Of a stretch of DNA of 64,000 bases, positions 9,547 through 20,082 are shown piece by piece. Each line of letters begins with the position of its first letter. Position 1 is the first letter of the stretch. Source of the stretch: an uncultured delta proteobacterium (GTDB lineage Bacteria; Desulfobacterota; Binatia; UBA9968); the NCBI GenBank assembly GCA_963745035.1, contig CAVUVW010000013.1, positions 896,001 to 960,000 of the forward strand, given 5' to 3'. The position numbers and the translations under genes were made by a program. The notes under the pieces are model-generated. The model was not told the origin of the DNA. It saw nothing but the letters and a program-made list of their open reading frames with translations, and searched no databases.

Positions 9547-10854
9547 TCAGCGGGCGACCGCCGCTTTCTGCCGAATCACCGGATCGTTGGTTTCAACTTT
9601 CCCCAATCCTGAGAGATGGCCGAACCACTGGCGCCAGAACGCGCGGAGCTGAAGCTCGTCCTCGGCGATCGCTTCCCGGTGCATGCCTCTGGATAGTTCG
9701 GACCATTCGACCCCCTCGGCCTTATAACCCGCTTGACAGGATTCGATCGCTTCGACGTCGTCGGGCGTCGCGAATCCTCCCGGCCCATGGAAGGTGAGAA
9801 AATTGTCGAGCCGGCGCGCGAGGAGCTCGGGCTTCTCTTCCCTGGGGGCGAGGTGCCAGGCGGTCACGTCCATCAGGTCGGGACTTATCGGCCAGAATAT
9901 TCTTACGGTGATGTCGATGGAATCGATGATGAGGAGATTAGGATAGACCAGGAGGTTGCGGCTGATATCGGCCATATGCCGAGCCTTCTGCTCGCCGAAC
10001 TTTCGCACCAGTCCTGCGCGGATGGCGGCGATCTCCTCCTTGTTCTCTTCGCCGAAGAGCGGGCTCCAGCGAGCAATCGGCCGGCCCCTGATGCCGTCGT
10101 GTTCCTCCACCGCGTGACCGTTGCCGAGGACGAGGGCCGGCCGGCTGAATGCGGTTTGCACGCCGCTGGTGTTGATGCCCACGCTATTTACATATTCGAA
10201 GTAAGTCTTGTGCGTCGGCCTGACGTGGTATCCGTCCAGGCTGTTCTCGACCAGCAGCTTCCAGTTGGCCTTAATCGAATAGCGATTGGAACCCGGCACG
10301 ATCCGCATGCCTTTTTCGGCTTGATCGACGATCAGGTCGAGATACTCGCGAGCGCCCGCGAGATAAGTCACGAGCTCTTCGACATCGGGATTGAAGCTGA
10401 CAAAGACAAACCCGCGGTAACTTTCCACCCGCGGCGGCGGCTTGAGGCCCATCGCCGCGCGATCGAAACTATCAGGGTAGCCGGCTTCGTCCGGCACGCC
10501 GACGAGGTCGCCCTGATTGTTGAAGCTCCAGGCATGATAGAAGCACTGCAAGACGTCGGCATGCCCCTGGTCGTGCCGGCAAATCAGCGCGCCTCTGTGC
10601 GTGCATGTGTTCAGAAAAACCCGCAGTTTGCCGTCGCTGCCGCGGATAAAGAAAAGCGGCCTCCCCGCTACGTTCCGGCGCCGGTAGTCGCCCGGCTTCT
10701 CGACTTCGGATTCGTGGCACAAATACAGCCAGCATTTGTTGAAGATCCGCTCCTGCTCCATCTGGAGAATTTCGCGCGACGTCATAGCGGAGCGATGGAC
10801 TCGAAATACACCTTCGTCCGGATTGTCTATGATCAGATTTTTAGGGTCGAACAT
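9547..10854 (-). CDS. Rieske aromatic-ring-hydroxylating dioxygenase alpha subunit (p-cumate/benzoate group)
   Basis: CTHRG...CFYHAW Rieske motif; NWK...DGYH...TH; PGGFATPDD. Confidence 0.93.
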   Translation of the reverse strand: MFDPKNLIIDNPDEGVFRVHRSAMTSREILQMEQERIFNKCWLYLCHESEVEKPGDYRRRNVAGRPLFFIRGSDGKLRVFLNTCTHRGALICRHDQGHADVLQCFYHAWSFNNQGDLVGVPDEAGYPDSFDRAAMGLKPPPRVESYRGFVFVSFNPDVEELVTYLAGAREYLDLIVDQAEKGMRIVPGSNRYSIKANWKLLVENSLDGYHVRPTHKTYFEYVNSVGINTSGVQTAFSRPALVLGNGHAVEEHDGIRGRPIARWSPLFGEENKEEIAAIRAGLVRKFGEQKARHMADISRNLLVYPNLLIIDSIDITVRIFWPISPDLMDVTAWHLAPREEKPELLARRLDNFLTFHGPGGFATPDDVEAIESCQAGYKAEGVEWSELSRGMHREAIAEDELQLRAFWRQWFGHLSGLGKVETNDPVIRQKAAVAR

Positions 10855-10959
10855 TGCGCGTCCCTCACAGATTAATTACCTCGAGTCACGAACACCGAGT
10901 CTTATCCTATTCTACGCTGCAAGGTCGTGGCAAGGACGGTTCGGTTCACGTTTTCCGAA

Positions 10960-10990
10960 CTCTGCGCTCTCCGCGTCTCCGCGGTGAAAT
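10960..10990. repeat. Intergenic short repeat CTCTGCGCTCTCCGCGTCTCCGCGGTGAAAT
   Basis: Internal 9-mer periodicity; related copy in opposite orientation at 5992. Confidence 0.5.
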
Positions 10991-11012
10991 CGCCCCGGTA
11001 TCGGCCCGTTCA

Positions 11013-11990
11013 TCACTCCACGTCCGCTGCGAACAACTCGTCGGGGCTGACGATACGGGGCGAGAGACCCTGTTCGTAAACATATTCGCCGATCGCCTTC
11101 AGCGTCGGCCGATTCGGCTCCAGCCCGTACGCCCAGAAATCCTTCCCCATGACCCGCCAGGTCTCCTCGATGTGATGGATCAGCCAGGGAAGCGAAAGGC
11201 GCAGGGCGTCCGTGTCGTAGAGTCCCTCGACCGCCAGGTCGCGAGCTTCGCAGAAGGCCCGATAAATGCTCCGGGCCGCCCAAGGGTACTCGCGATAGAT
11301 ATCGTCGCGGAGCACCACCGTATGCATGATCGGGAAGATGCCGGTGCGTCGGAAATAATCCTGCTCGACTTCATAGTAGTTCGGAAACAGGCGCGCGATG
11401 CGCGGCGAGCCCTTCTCAAAGATGGAGGGGATAAAGATCGCCAGCAGCGCGTCGAGTTCGCCGCCCTCCAGCATTCCCTCGAGGGTTTGCTCCGGCGGCA
11501 AAAACTCGACCTTGACCTTGTCGGACAGCTTCAACGGAATCAGCGGTCGCTGGGTCGGTGTTGTCATCCCGCCGATGAACCAGTGAATGTCCTCCATCAT
11601 CACACCGTATTCGTGTCTCAGCATGCCGTTCATGAAGATGGTGGCGGTAGAACCGAGCTGCGTCGTTCCCACGCGTTTGCCGTGGAGATCCTGAGGCGTC
11701 CGGATCCCCGCATCGGTCCTTACGTAAATACACGAGTGTCGAAAGATCTTGGACACCGCGACCGGTAGCGCAACAAAGGGGCAATCACCGCGCCCGATCA
11801 AACTCGCGTAAGAGCCAAGCGACAGCTCCGAAACCTCGAACTCTTTTTCCTCCAGCATGCGCGGAAAGGTCTCGCGCGGACGCAAGACTTTGACTTCCAG
11901 ATCGATGCCTTCGGCCTGGACACGGCCGTCGATGAGCGGGCGGGTGCGATCATAGTCCCAACACGCGAGAGTGAGTTTGAGCTTCGACAT
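11013..11990 (-). CDS. 4,5-dihydroxyphthalate decarboxylase-like protein (SBP fold)
   Basis: LTLACWDYDRTRPLIDGRV, FRHS, GIFPIMH, DFWAYGLE.NR; no signal peptide. Confidence 0.85.
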   Translation of the reverse strand: MSKLKLTLACWDYDRTRPLIDGRVQAEGIDLEVKVLRPRETFPRMLEEKEFEVSELSLGSYASLIGRGDCPFVALPVAVSKIFRHSCIYVRTDAGIRTPQDLHGKRVGTTQLGSTATIFMNGMLRHEYGVMMEDIHWFIGGMTTPTQRPLIPLKLSDKVKVEFLPPEQTLEGMLEGGELDALLAIFIPSIFEKGSPRIARLFPNYYEVEQDYFRRTGIFPIMHTVVLRDDIYREYPWAARSIYRAFCEARDLAVEGLYDTDALRLSLPWLIHHIEETWRVMGKDFWAYGLEPNRPTLKAIGEYVYEQGLSPRIVSPDELFAADVE

Positions 11991-12491
11991 CGGTGTGCAG
12001 CCTATCTCCAGAGAAAATCTGATTGAATTTAAATCGTGTGCGTAGAACTAACATACCGCGAAGAGCTGTCAAGAAATCCGGTCATCGGTCAGTTTGAGAG
12101 CGATTACCCCCGATTCCCCGAGTAGGCTGCCGACAGTCGTTATTGAAAGGAAGGTGTGCTAGCGCTTCAGCTTAAAGCCAGAATGAACCGGTCTGAGAGT
12201 GTTCACGGTTTGAGCCTGAGGGAGGTGATTCGCGACTTCGCTTTCGGCGGGCCGGACCTTCGCACTTTGTATCTCATCCCACGCGCTTCGCTCTTAACAC
12301 TCGAGGTCAAAAACCGGGTATTGGGACATTCAACTCGTCGGACACCTGAAAACACTCTGAGGCCCACTCATTGGCAGACGGCGTCCTCCAAGCCGCCCTT
12401 GCTTACGCAGCTCAAAGGCCCTATTGTTGCATTTCCGCAAATCTCTCAAACCCAATCCAATTCCGTAGTGAGTTCGATTAGGAGGTTTCAT

Positions 12492-12683
12492 ATGTACAGA
12501 ATCTTGTGCGACCGGCAGCCGGCTCGCGAACTCGGTTCAGGCCTGACTTGGTTCATGGAAGACGGCAAGATCGTCGAGTTCTCTACGAGCGAAGAAGCCG
12601 GGGCTATGGTGAAAAAGTTAAGCGAAGGGCCTAGAGCTGCGATGACTACATACACGGCAAGAGAATATAACCCCGAGGATTAA
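12492..12683 (+). CDS. Small hypothetical protein (63 aa)
   Basis: TAGGAGG RBS before ATG; MYRILCDRQPARELGSGLTWFMEDGKIVEF... Confidence 0.65.
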   Translation: MYRILCDRQPARELGSGLTWFMEDGKIVEFSTSEEAGAMVKKLSEGPRAAMTTYTAREYNPED

Positions 12684-12870
12684 TTCAGCCAAATACGCTG
12701 CCCAATAAGGCGGCGCTGCTTCCTCGCCCACACAGCTCTGCAAGCCGTTCCTTGCCGATGAATCGGTCGGAAAAGTAATCCGTCCCTTTGTCCGAGAAAC
12801 TTCGGCAATGCAAGAACGGACCGTGCAGCTAGACCCGACATCTCAAGATTAAAGACCTAACCTTCAGTTT

Positions 12871-13239
12871 TTGCTTAGTTTGGTACAAGGCGCTGGCTTC
12901 GTCCCGGGTGACGCTTTGAGCATCAATCATGCCTGCTCCGGCAGCCGGAAAAACTCTGGGCGCGCCAAGCTGTGGTTCAATGACCCGATCGCAAATACGC
13001 GGCTGGAAGGTTCAGTTGATGGTTTAGTTACTCATCATCTCTTGAGCGGGTTTACGCTCGGCGACCAACCAGGGCTGGGCCCAAAAAAAGTCATCGACAT
13101 AGCTGCGGGAGCTAAATGTAGTGCGTACAAACTTTTCGGTACTTGGACGGGACCGTGGACTGAAGTCGTTTCATTTCACAAAAGCGCTGAGACGATTGAA
13201 CCAGTAGGAACGGCCTATTATTGGGAGTTCGCCGACTAG
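12871..13239 (+). pseudogene. Probable C-terminal remnant of a secreted/surface beta-rich protein
   Basis: Protein-like GRAKLWFND...GPKKVIDIAAGAKCSAYKLFGTW; no RBS or credible start. Confidence 0.35.
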
Positions 13240-13333
13240 CCACTCAGGATCAACGGCTAGTCGAAGGATTGGAACGATTAGCACGCCCCGAGTTACCTTG
13301 AACCAAACGTTGAACCTGAACACTTTCTCGCGT

Positions 13334-14416
13334 TCATCTTCTCCGGATGATGAACTTTTGAATGAGCGCTTCCCATTCCGAAACTTTTTTCTCGTACTCT
13401 TCCACGGTGTATTTGGCTTCGAAGTAGGTCTTCTTGAACTTCTGATTGACCAGTGACTCCACATCGTCGCGCGGCGAGCTGAGGCCGCCTTTGACGATGA
13501 ATTGCTGACCTTCTTTGGAATGGATGTAGTCCAAGAAGAGCAGCGCCGCATGCGGGTGTGGTGCTTTGGCGACGAGACCGGAGTATCCGACGTTGGCGAC
13601 GACCGGATCGAGCGGGCGCCACTCCACCGTGGCTCCTTTGCGCTTGGCGACGAACATGTTGGAATCAAAAATCGTCGGCGACATCGGCACTTCACCGCTG
13701 ACAACCAGATTGGCGAGCGCAGCGCCGGAGAGCTTATGAACATTGACGTCCTGGCCGGCAAGTTTTTCGATGAATTCTCTTCCGGCCGTCTCGATCACGG
13801 CGCCCACCCACCTTGCTGCGGTCGCGCCGCCCGCCAGGGACATCTTGCCCTTCCACCTGGGATCGAGAAGGTCGTTCAGACGCTTGGGCGCATCGGCGGC
13901 AGGAATATGACTGGTGTTGAAGCCTAGACTGATATAAGTTTCCCGGTCCGCCCAGTAGTAGATCCCGCTCTTTCCCTTCTTCACCACGTCGTCGTCGAAG
14001 AAGCGCAGTTCCGGCGAGCGATGCTCCTGAAGCAGACCGGCATTATAAATGCCGCCGATGTTGCCCGCCGTGCTCTCGACCACGTCGGCGATGAAGCGTC
14101 CGGCCTGGCTTTCTTCGATGACTCGCTTCATCACGTCCGCGCCGTCGGCGCGCCATTCCGCGACTTTGATGAACGGGTACTTCTTCTCGAACTCCTGGGC
14201 GACCTGCTTGAACCAGGTATGCGAGTTATAGAAAACCAGCTGCCCTTCCTTCTTTGCGCCCTGGATGAGAATCGCCTCGCGATCCGCGCCCTGATAGAGC
14301 GCAAGCTGCGAAGCGGACATCGGCGCGCCGGCGGCAAGCGCCTCCGTCACGGCGAGAACTAAAATGCCGATGGTAAGTAGAGCCCTCGCCGTTCGAATTC
14401 TTGGAAAGAGCGACAT
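13334..14416 (-). CDS. Extracellular solute-binding protein (Fe3+/thiamine-type ABC SBP)
   Basis: GAKKEG.L.FY, DLLDPRWKG, APHPHAALLFLD; GGAGG RBS. Confidence 0.88.
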   Translation of the reverse strand: MSLFPRIRTARALLTIGILVLAVTEALAAGAPMSASQLALYQGADREAILIQGAKKEGQLVFYNSHTWFKQVAQEFEKKYPFIKVAEWRADGADVMKRVIEESQAGRFIADVVESTAGNIGGIYNAGLLQEHRSPELRFFDDDVVKKGKSGIYYWADRETYISLGFNTSHIPAADAPKRLNDLLDPRWKGKMSLAGGATAARWVGAVIETAGREFIEKLAGQDVNVHKLSGAALANLVVSGEVPMSPTIFDSNMFVAKRKGATVEWRPLDPVVANVGYSGLVAKAPHPHAALLFLDYIHSKEGQQFIVKGGLSSPRDDVESLVNQKFKKTYFEAKYTVEEYEKKVSEWEALIQKFIIRRR

Positions 14417-14529
14417 ATGACCTCCTTTGCCGAAACTATCGCTGTCCGGATGCTAATCACAATTCCGAGAGCACGGCCAGCGCTGTGAGATCACGTGTCC
14501 TGATCCAATCTGTACGCGAATAGATTCGT

Positions 14530-14559
14530 TTGACTGCCGACGCGAGACTTCGGTAGTGT
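14530..14559 (+). promoter_or_regulatory. Putative sigma70 promoter
   Basis: TTGACT-N18-TAGTGT upstream of the NIPSNAP gene. Confidence 0.35.
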
Positions 14560-14608
14560 CCAAGCTGAGCCAAGCCCGGAAATCGTCGAAACACAGGAGG
14601 AGAACGGT

Positions 14609-14899
14609 ATGATTTCGCAGATTCGCATTTACACGATCAACAAGGGTGAGATGGATAATTTTCTCAAGCACTTCAAAGAGGACATCATTGGCCTGCACGA
14701 AAAGATCGGCGTACCCATCGTCGGCACCTGGGTAAACCGGCCGCAAAACGAATTTATTTGGGTCAGGACCTACAAAGACAAGGCGGAGCTCGAAGCGAAG
14801 ACCAAAGAGTTCCAAGCCGCGGTCGCGGCCGCCGGAATCAAACTTGGCGGTAACGTCGCGAAGATGGAAGTGCGCGAGGCCGAATCGGTGTTCGCGTAG
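14609..14899 (+). CDS. NIPSNAP family protein
   Basis: QIRIYTINKG.MD.F...GTW...NEFIWVRTY; AGGAG RBS. Confidence 0.8.
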   Translation: MISQIRIYTINKGEMDNFLKHFKEDIIGLHEKIGVPIVGTWVNRPQNEFIWVRTYKDKAELEAKTKEFQAAVAAAGIKLGGNVAKMEVREAESVFA

Positions 14900-14910
14900 C
14901 AGTTGCGGAA

Positions 14911-15549
14911 CTATTTATCCTGCAAGGCTAGTTCGCTTGCTTTCTCAGAATTTGAAACCCATTCAATGCGGACGGTCGCTATCCCTTGTTGCATCATGCC
15001 GAGCGCTCTCGCCGCTGCCCGCGAGACATCGATGATGCGGCCTTGCTTATAAGGTCCGCGGTCATTGATGCGCACGTCGACCGACTTTCCATTGTCGAGA
15101 TTGATGACTTTCACTCTGCTGCCCCAGGGGAGAGTTGGATGTGCGGCGGTGAGCCGGTCCTGATTAAAAACTTCGCCGCTCGCCGTGCGCTTGCCGTGAT
15201 GCTTTGCGCCGTACCACGAGGCGAGACCGGTCTCCGTTGTTGTCGGCTGCGACGGCGCGGGGATCCTTGCGGCTTCGGGCACCTGCTTAGTTTCCACAGG
15301 TGAAGGGACGTTCGCTGCAGGCGGAGTTTCACTGCGTTGGACAGGCGCCGGCGGCTTGTCGCTGGAAAGATTATTGGACTTAGATTCCGCAGGCGGGACT
15401 ACTCCCGTCGACAATGCGCGGGTAGGCGTGTCTGCGATGATGCCGCAACCTTGAGAGGAGATGAGCGCCGTTAGAACGATAACACCCATGCGCCAATCTA
15501 ATGCGGTCACGCCACAGAGCGGGTTTGGTCTCCGAAATAAAGATTGCAT
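14911..15549 (-). CDS. rlpA: RlpA-family lytic transglycosylase lipoprotein
   Basis: SQGC lipobox, GLASWYG, TASGE, TAAHPTLP, VRINDRGP, RIIDVS. Confidence 0.88.
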   Translation of the reverse strand: MQSLFRRPNPLCGVTALDWRMGVIVLTALISSQGCGIIADTPTRALSTGVVPPAESKSNNLSSDKPPAPVQRSETPPAANVPSPVETKQVPEAARIPAPSQPTTTETGLASWYGAKHHGKRTASGEVFNQDRLTAAHPTLPWGSRVKVINLDNGKSVDVRINDRGPYKQGRIIDVSRAAARALGMMQQGIATVRIEWVSNSEKASELALQDK

Positions 15550-16051
15550 GGGCCACCTGAAGGAATACCTTCAGCAATGGCCATGCCCCAAAGGTGGTAC
15601 GTGACAGCGGCGGCTAAGATGACCAGAAGCGGCAGATATGGCGCATCACACGACAGAAGAACCGTAAATATAGCGTGCGCCCGTACAACGGCGTACGAAA
15701 ATGTGCTTTCGACGCGGTTTGATCATTAACGCACTTGCGGGATAGGGAAGATTGCTGAGAGCACGGGATCGCCTTTGAAGTCTGCTTACTGGCCGGCGGT
15801 GCACCGTGGTGTTGTCCGCATGACAAAATGCCGGATCTGCCGATCTGCGGCTACTGTCTTTACGCCGCTAGGGCTTTTTTCGGACTCATTTTGCGAGCAG
15901 GACCACGGTAGTGATTCGTGTGTGTTGCAGCAAAAAATCGGCTCAAACGCATTAACCGTATTTTTATCTACGTGCTATAAACAATCACGGACTCCGTTAT
16001 TATGTGGAACGTGTTCGAACTACTTACTGTCTCAGCGAAAGGGGAAATGCG

Positions 16052-17113
16052 ATGGGATTACGAGTAGCGGTATCCGCTCGAGTTCGTTTCTCTCTAGCTC
16101 TCATGATCTTTTGTGCTGCACTGCACGCTCAACTGGGCTTCGCGGCCGCTGCGAGTACGCCGGTTGGGGGCAAAGGCGAATCCCTAGACGCCTTATACCA
16201 AAAAGCGAAAGCGGAGGGTCGGGTGGTGGTGTACGCGGCCGCGTCGACAAATACCGAGCAAATTGTCTTTCCCGCTTTCGAAAAGCGCTTTCCGGGGATC
16301 AAGGTCAATCATGTAAACGCCACAGCCGACAAGCTTCTAGCGCGCGCCATTGCCGAAGCGCGGGGCGGCAAAACTCTCGGCGATGTTTTGAGCGGTACGC
16401 TGAACTATGTGGCTCAGGCGCGGGAACAAAAGCTGTTGCTCGATATCAACTTGCCGGAGGCTGCCGCTTATCCTACCGGCATGAAAGGCGCCGACTGGGT
16501 GGCCACCGACACCGAATATTTCATCGCCGCTTGGAATACGACTCGGGTCAAAAAAGGCGACGAGCCGAGAACGTTTGAAGACTTCGGTGACCCGAAATGG
16601 GCTAACCGGCTCAGCGCTGAACCGAGAGACTATCCGGTTTTGTTGGGTCTGGCGAAGTACAAGTATGGGAGCGACGACAAAGCCATAGAGATATTCAAGA
16701 AGATCGCGTCCAACAAACCTGAGTTTTTCAAGGGCCACTCGCAACTCGCGGAGCTGCTGACAGCGGGACAGGCGGATGTTTGTGTGACCTGCTACGCGCA
16801 TCATATCCCGCCGCTACAGAAAAAAGGCGCGCCGTTGCAGATCATGGTGACTGAAGGCGTCGGCCGCATCGGCGGCAGTGTGACCTTGCTTCGTGGCGCT
16901 CCCCATCCCAACGCCGGTTTACTTTGGGCGCGCTGGCTGATCAGTGAAGAGGGGCAAAAGGTATTCGCTCAGGCGGGTGAGACCCCCGCTCACCCGAAGG
17001 TGGAGCCGGTGGAGAAAATTCTTCCCGCGAAAACATATATGCTTTCAGCGGATGACACGAAGAATTATCCCAAGTACGAGAAGCTTTGGAACGAGATCTT
17101 CCAGCTTCGCTGA
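16052..17113 (+). CDS. Extracellular solute-binding protein (ABC SBP)
   Basis: AKAEGRVVVY, DPKW, APHPNAGLLW. Confidence 0.87.
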   Translation: MGLRVAVSARVRFSLALMIFCAALHAQLGFAAAASTPVGGKGESLDALYQKAKAEGRVVVYAAASTNTEQIVFPAFEKRFPGIKVNHVNATADKLLARAIAEARGGKTLGDVLSGTLNYVAQAREQKLLLDINLPEAAAYPTGMKGADWVATDTEYFIAAWNTTRVKKGDEPRTFEDFGDPKWANRLSAEPRDYPVLLGLAKYKYGSDDKAIEIFKKIASNKPEFFKGHSQLAELLTAGQADVCVTCYAHHIPPLQKKGAPLQIMVTEGVGRIGGSVTLLRGAPHPNAGLLWARWLISEEGQKVFAQAGETPAHPKVEPVEKILPAKTYMLSADDTKNYPKYEKLWNEIFQLR

Positions 17114-17196
17114 AAGTTTTCTGTGAGCGCACACACCGCAGTTCATCATTCTGAGGGAGCGCCCGGGCAATACCCGACCTCGCTCGGAGATTCTGA

Positions 17197-17883
17197 GTGC
17201 TCGAAGAAAACTTGGTTCAGATCGCAGGGGTGATCGACGCCGCTGAAGCGCAAATGCTTCAGCAGTGCGGCGTTCGCTATCTGGGATTTCCGCTTCGGCT
17301 CCCGGTTCACCGTGAGGATCTCACCGAACACGACGCGGCGGCGATCATCAAGAGCCTGACGCCGCCGGCATTCGGAGTTTTGATCACCTATCTCGATCAG
17401 GCGAGCGAGATCGCCGTCTTCTGCCATGCGCTCGGCGCCCGGATGGTGCAGCTTCATGGGGATATCGAGCGCGACGAGCTAAAGCAGCTAAAAACCTTGG
17501 ATCCGAACTTGACTGTGATCAAGAGTCTCGTCGTCGGCATGCGCGATGACAAAGAGCTCGAAGCAACGCTCGATGAATCGTCGCCGTTTGTCGATGCGTT
17601 CATCACCGACACCTTCGACCCCAAAACCGGCGCCTCCGGAGCGACCGGTAAAACGCACGACTGGCGTGTGAGCCGGCGCCTGGTGGAAATCGCCGATCGA
17701 CCGGTTATCCTCGCCGGCGGACTCACACCGGAGAACGTCAGGCGAGCGATCCTGGAAGTAAGACCGGCAGGTGTCGACTGCCACACCGGCGTCGAAGACT
17801 CCACCGGCCGCAAGAGCCGCGAAAAAGTCCGCAGATTCTTGGCGGAAGCGCACGAAGCTTTTGATCTCGTCAAAGCAAAGTAG
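17197..17883 (+). CDS. trpF: Phosphoribosylanthranilate isomerase family
   Basis: VQLHG, GATGKTHDW, ILAGGLTPENV, GVDCHTGVE. Confidence 0.85.
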   Translation: MLEENLVQIAGVIDAAEAQMLQQCGVRYLGFPLRLPVHREDLTEHDAAAIIKSLTPPAFGVLITYLDQASEIAVFCHALGARMVQLHGDIERDELKQLKTLDPNLTVIKSLVVGMRDDKELEATLDESSPFVDAFITDTFDPKTGASGATGKTHDWRVSRRLVEIADRPVILAGGLTPENVRRAILEVRPAGVDCHTGVEDSTGRKSREKVRRFLAEAHEAFDLVKAK

Positions 17884-17922
17884 TGATATCTTATATTATA
17901 GAATGTGCTCGGGACTGTAAGA

Positions 17923-18498
17923 CTACAGAGTTCGCAGCACGCGACATGGGTTTCCCGCAGCAACGACTCCCACGGGGAGATCCCGAACCACGACGCTGCC
18001 GGCTCCAACCGTTGTGTCGGCGCCGATACTCACGCCGGGACAGACAATCACGCCACCGCCGAGCCAGACCCGCGCGCCAATGTTGATCGGATGCGCCGAT
18101 TCCGGTCCGGCCGCGCGCGCGGCCGCATCCCGTGGATGATCGGCGGTCAACAGCTGCACATAGGGCCCGAGTTGAGCTTGCTCGCCGATACTGATTTGCG
18201 CCGGGTCCAAAAATACCGCGCCGAAATTTACAAAAACTCCCGCGCCAAGCGTGATTTGCGTCCCGTAATCACAATAAAAAGGCGGCTCGATCGCTGCGTC
18301 AGCGCCCGCATACCCGAGCAACTCGCGCAGCAACGCAGCCCGGCCAGTGATGTCGGCAGGATCACTCGCGTTGTAACGCGCAAACAGCCGCCGCGCACGC
18401 ACCCGCGCCGCGACGAGCTCCGGGTCCATTGCCGAATACAGCTCACCGCGCAACATCTTGCTGCGCTCGGTCTGGACGGAATTGGAAGTCTTATCCAT
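17923..18498 (-). CDS. Sugar O-acetyltransferase (maltose/galactoside type)
   Basis: KMLRGELY, PPFYCDYG, hexapeptide repeats, AGNPCRV. Confidence 0.9.
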   Translation of the reverse strand: MDKTSNSVQTERSKMLRGELYSAMDPELVAARVRARRLFARYNASDPADITGRAALLRELLGYAGADAAIEPPFYCDYGTQITLGAGVFVNFGAVFLDPAQISIGEQAQLGPYVQLLTADHPRDAAARAAGPESAHPINIGARVWLGGGVIVCPGVSIGADTTVGAGSVVVRDLPVGVVAAGNPCRVLRTL

Positions 18499-18762
18499 GT
18501 ACTCAAGTATAACGACTTGGCCGGAAAATATTAGATTGACCCAAATTTGTTTACGGAACTTTGCGTAGGTGCCGCCGGGAGTTTGATCATTCGCCGATCC
18601 GTGCGATCTGGGGAGATCGCCGGCCTTTTTTAAGGCCATTCCGGCCGTGCTTTCCCGCTGTGCCTGGTCCGAGCGCATTGCACGGTCAAGGAAGCTGGGA
18701 TATACGGTTCTCGTCTATTTCACGGATCTTATATTTTCGCCGAATCTCACAAGGAGTTGGCA

Positions 18763-19548
18763 ATGGCGCGCGTTGTGGCCCTGTACCGCTACCCGCTCAA
18801 AGGGTTTACACCCGAAGAATGCGCCACGTTGACGGTACTCGCCGAAGGCAGAATCGCCGGCGACCGCGTTCTCGGCATTCGCTTCGCCGATACGGAAGCA
18901 CCCGATTTCGCCTGGAGCAGAAAACACGGGATGGTGGCGCTGATCAACACTCCGGGTCTGGCGCCTCTGCGCGTCACTTTCGACGCAAACGCCTCGCGGC
19001 TACGTATACAGTTGGGAGCTTCGATACTAGTCGACGAGGTTTTGAATGCGGAAGGCAGACGGCGGATCAGCGCTGTCCTGGCCGATTACGTGCTCAAGCT
19101 CGACGACAATCCGTTGACCGGTCATCCGGAACGGTTGCCGCTTCGGCTAATCGGCGACGGCCATACGCCGCGCTATCACGACGAAGAGCCCGGGCGAATC
19201 ACATTGCACGCAAGGGAAAGTCTTCGAGCACTTGAAAATGCTCTCGGGCATGATGTCAGCGAGCTGCGCTTCCGCTCGAATATCGCGGTCGAGGGAGTAA
19301 CCGCCTGGGAAGAGCAGAGCTGGGTCGGTCGAAAGATCCGCGTCGGCGCCGTGGAATTCGACGTTGTCAAACCGAAAACCCGGTGCCTCGCCACCCACGC
19401 CAATCCAACAACCGGCGAGCGTGATCTGCCGATTCTCACCACGCTGACGCAGAAGCTAGGCCAAGAACACCCGACTTTCGCCGTCGCGATGTTCCCCAGC
19501 CGCGGCGGCGGACAGATTCACGTCGGCGATGAAGTGCGGATCGATTGA
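18763..19548 (+). CDS. MOSC domain protein
   Basis: LYRYPLKG, GDR, RFRSNI, RCLAT. Confidence 0.9.
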   Translation: MARVVALYRYPLKGFTPEECATLTVLAEGRIAGDRVLGIRFADTEAPDFAWSRKHGMVALINTPGLAPLRVTFDANASRLRIQLGASILVDEVLNAEGRRRISAVLADYVLKLDDNPLTGHPERLPLRLIGDGHTPRYHDEEPGRITLHARESLRALENALGHDVSELRFRSNIAVEGVTAWEEQSWVGRKIRVGAVEFDVVKPKTRCLATHANPTTGERDLPILTTLTQKLGQEHPTFAVAMFPSRGGGQIHVGDEVRID

Positions 19549-19594
19549 TCGCAAGTGAAATACCCTAACGCGTCGAACCGATCGGAGAAAGACA

Positions 19595-19954
19595 ATGGCT
19601 AAGATCAGGCACATCTCCTACCGCGCCGAGGACGTCGATGCCATGGCGAAATTTTTCATCGATGCCATGGGCATGACAATGATTCAGAAGCGGAAGGATA
19701 ACTCGATCGATCTGAGTGACGGTTCGATAAATGTCGCGATTCTTCCGCTGGCCGCAAATAGGAGCCGGAAAGCGGGTCTCGACCATATCGGGTTTACGGC
19801 AAAAGACGACCAGGAACAAATCCGCAGGATCGAAGCCGCCGGCGGAACGAACGAGATTACGCGATCGCCCTATGAAGAAAAGTTCCGGGGTCCAGAGGAC
19901 ATCATCGTCGATATCGGCCGCTGGCCGGGCGCGGCGCGGCTCGACGAAAAATAA
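19595..19954 (+). CDS. VOC/glyoxalase family protein
   Basis: KIRHI, LSDGSIN, GLDHIGF, GPE. Confidence 0.85.
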   Translation: MAKIRHISYRAEDVDAMAKFFIDAMGMTMIQKRKDNSIDLSDGSINVAILPLAANRSRKAGLDHIGFTAKDDQEQIRRIEAAGGTNEITRSPYEEKFRGPEDIIVDIGRWPGAARLDEK

Positions 19955-20082
19955 GACCTTGTACTTTCTCCTTCGAGGTTAAAAGAAAGCGTTGCCAATG
20001 CGGCCACTAGCCAGCGTTTGCGGTCGACTCCAACAATGCATGGGAACAAGCCGATCTCGTTGCCTTTCGCTTCCGAATCATT

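Noticed and set aside
12150-12330. TPP riboswitch suggested by CTGAGA
   Set aside because: The other conserved TPP elements are absent and there is no thiamine gene downstream
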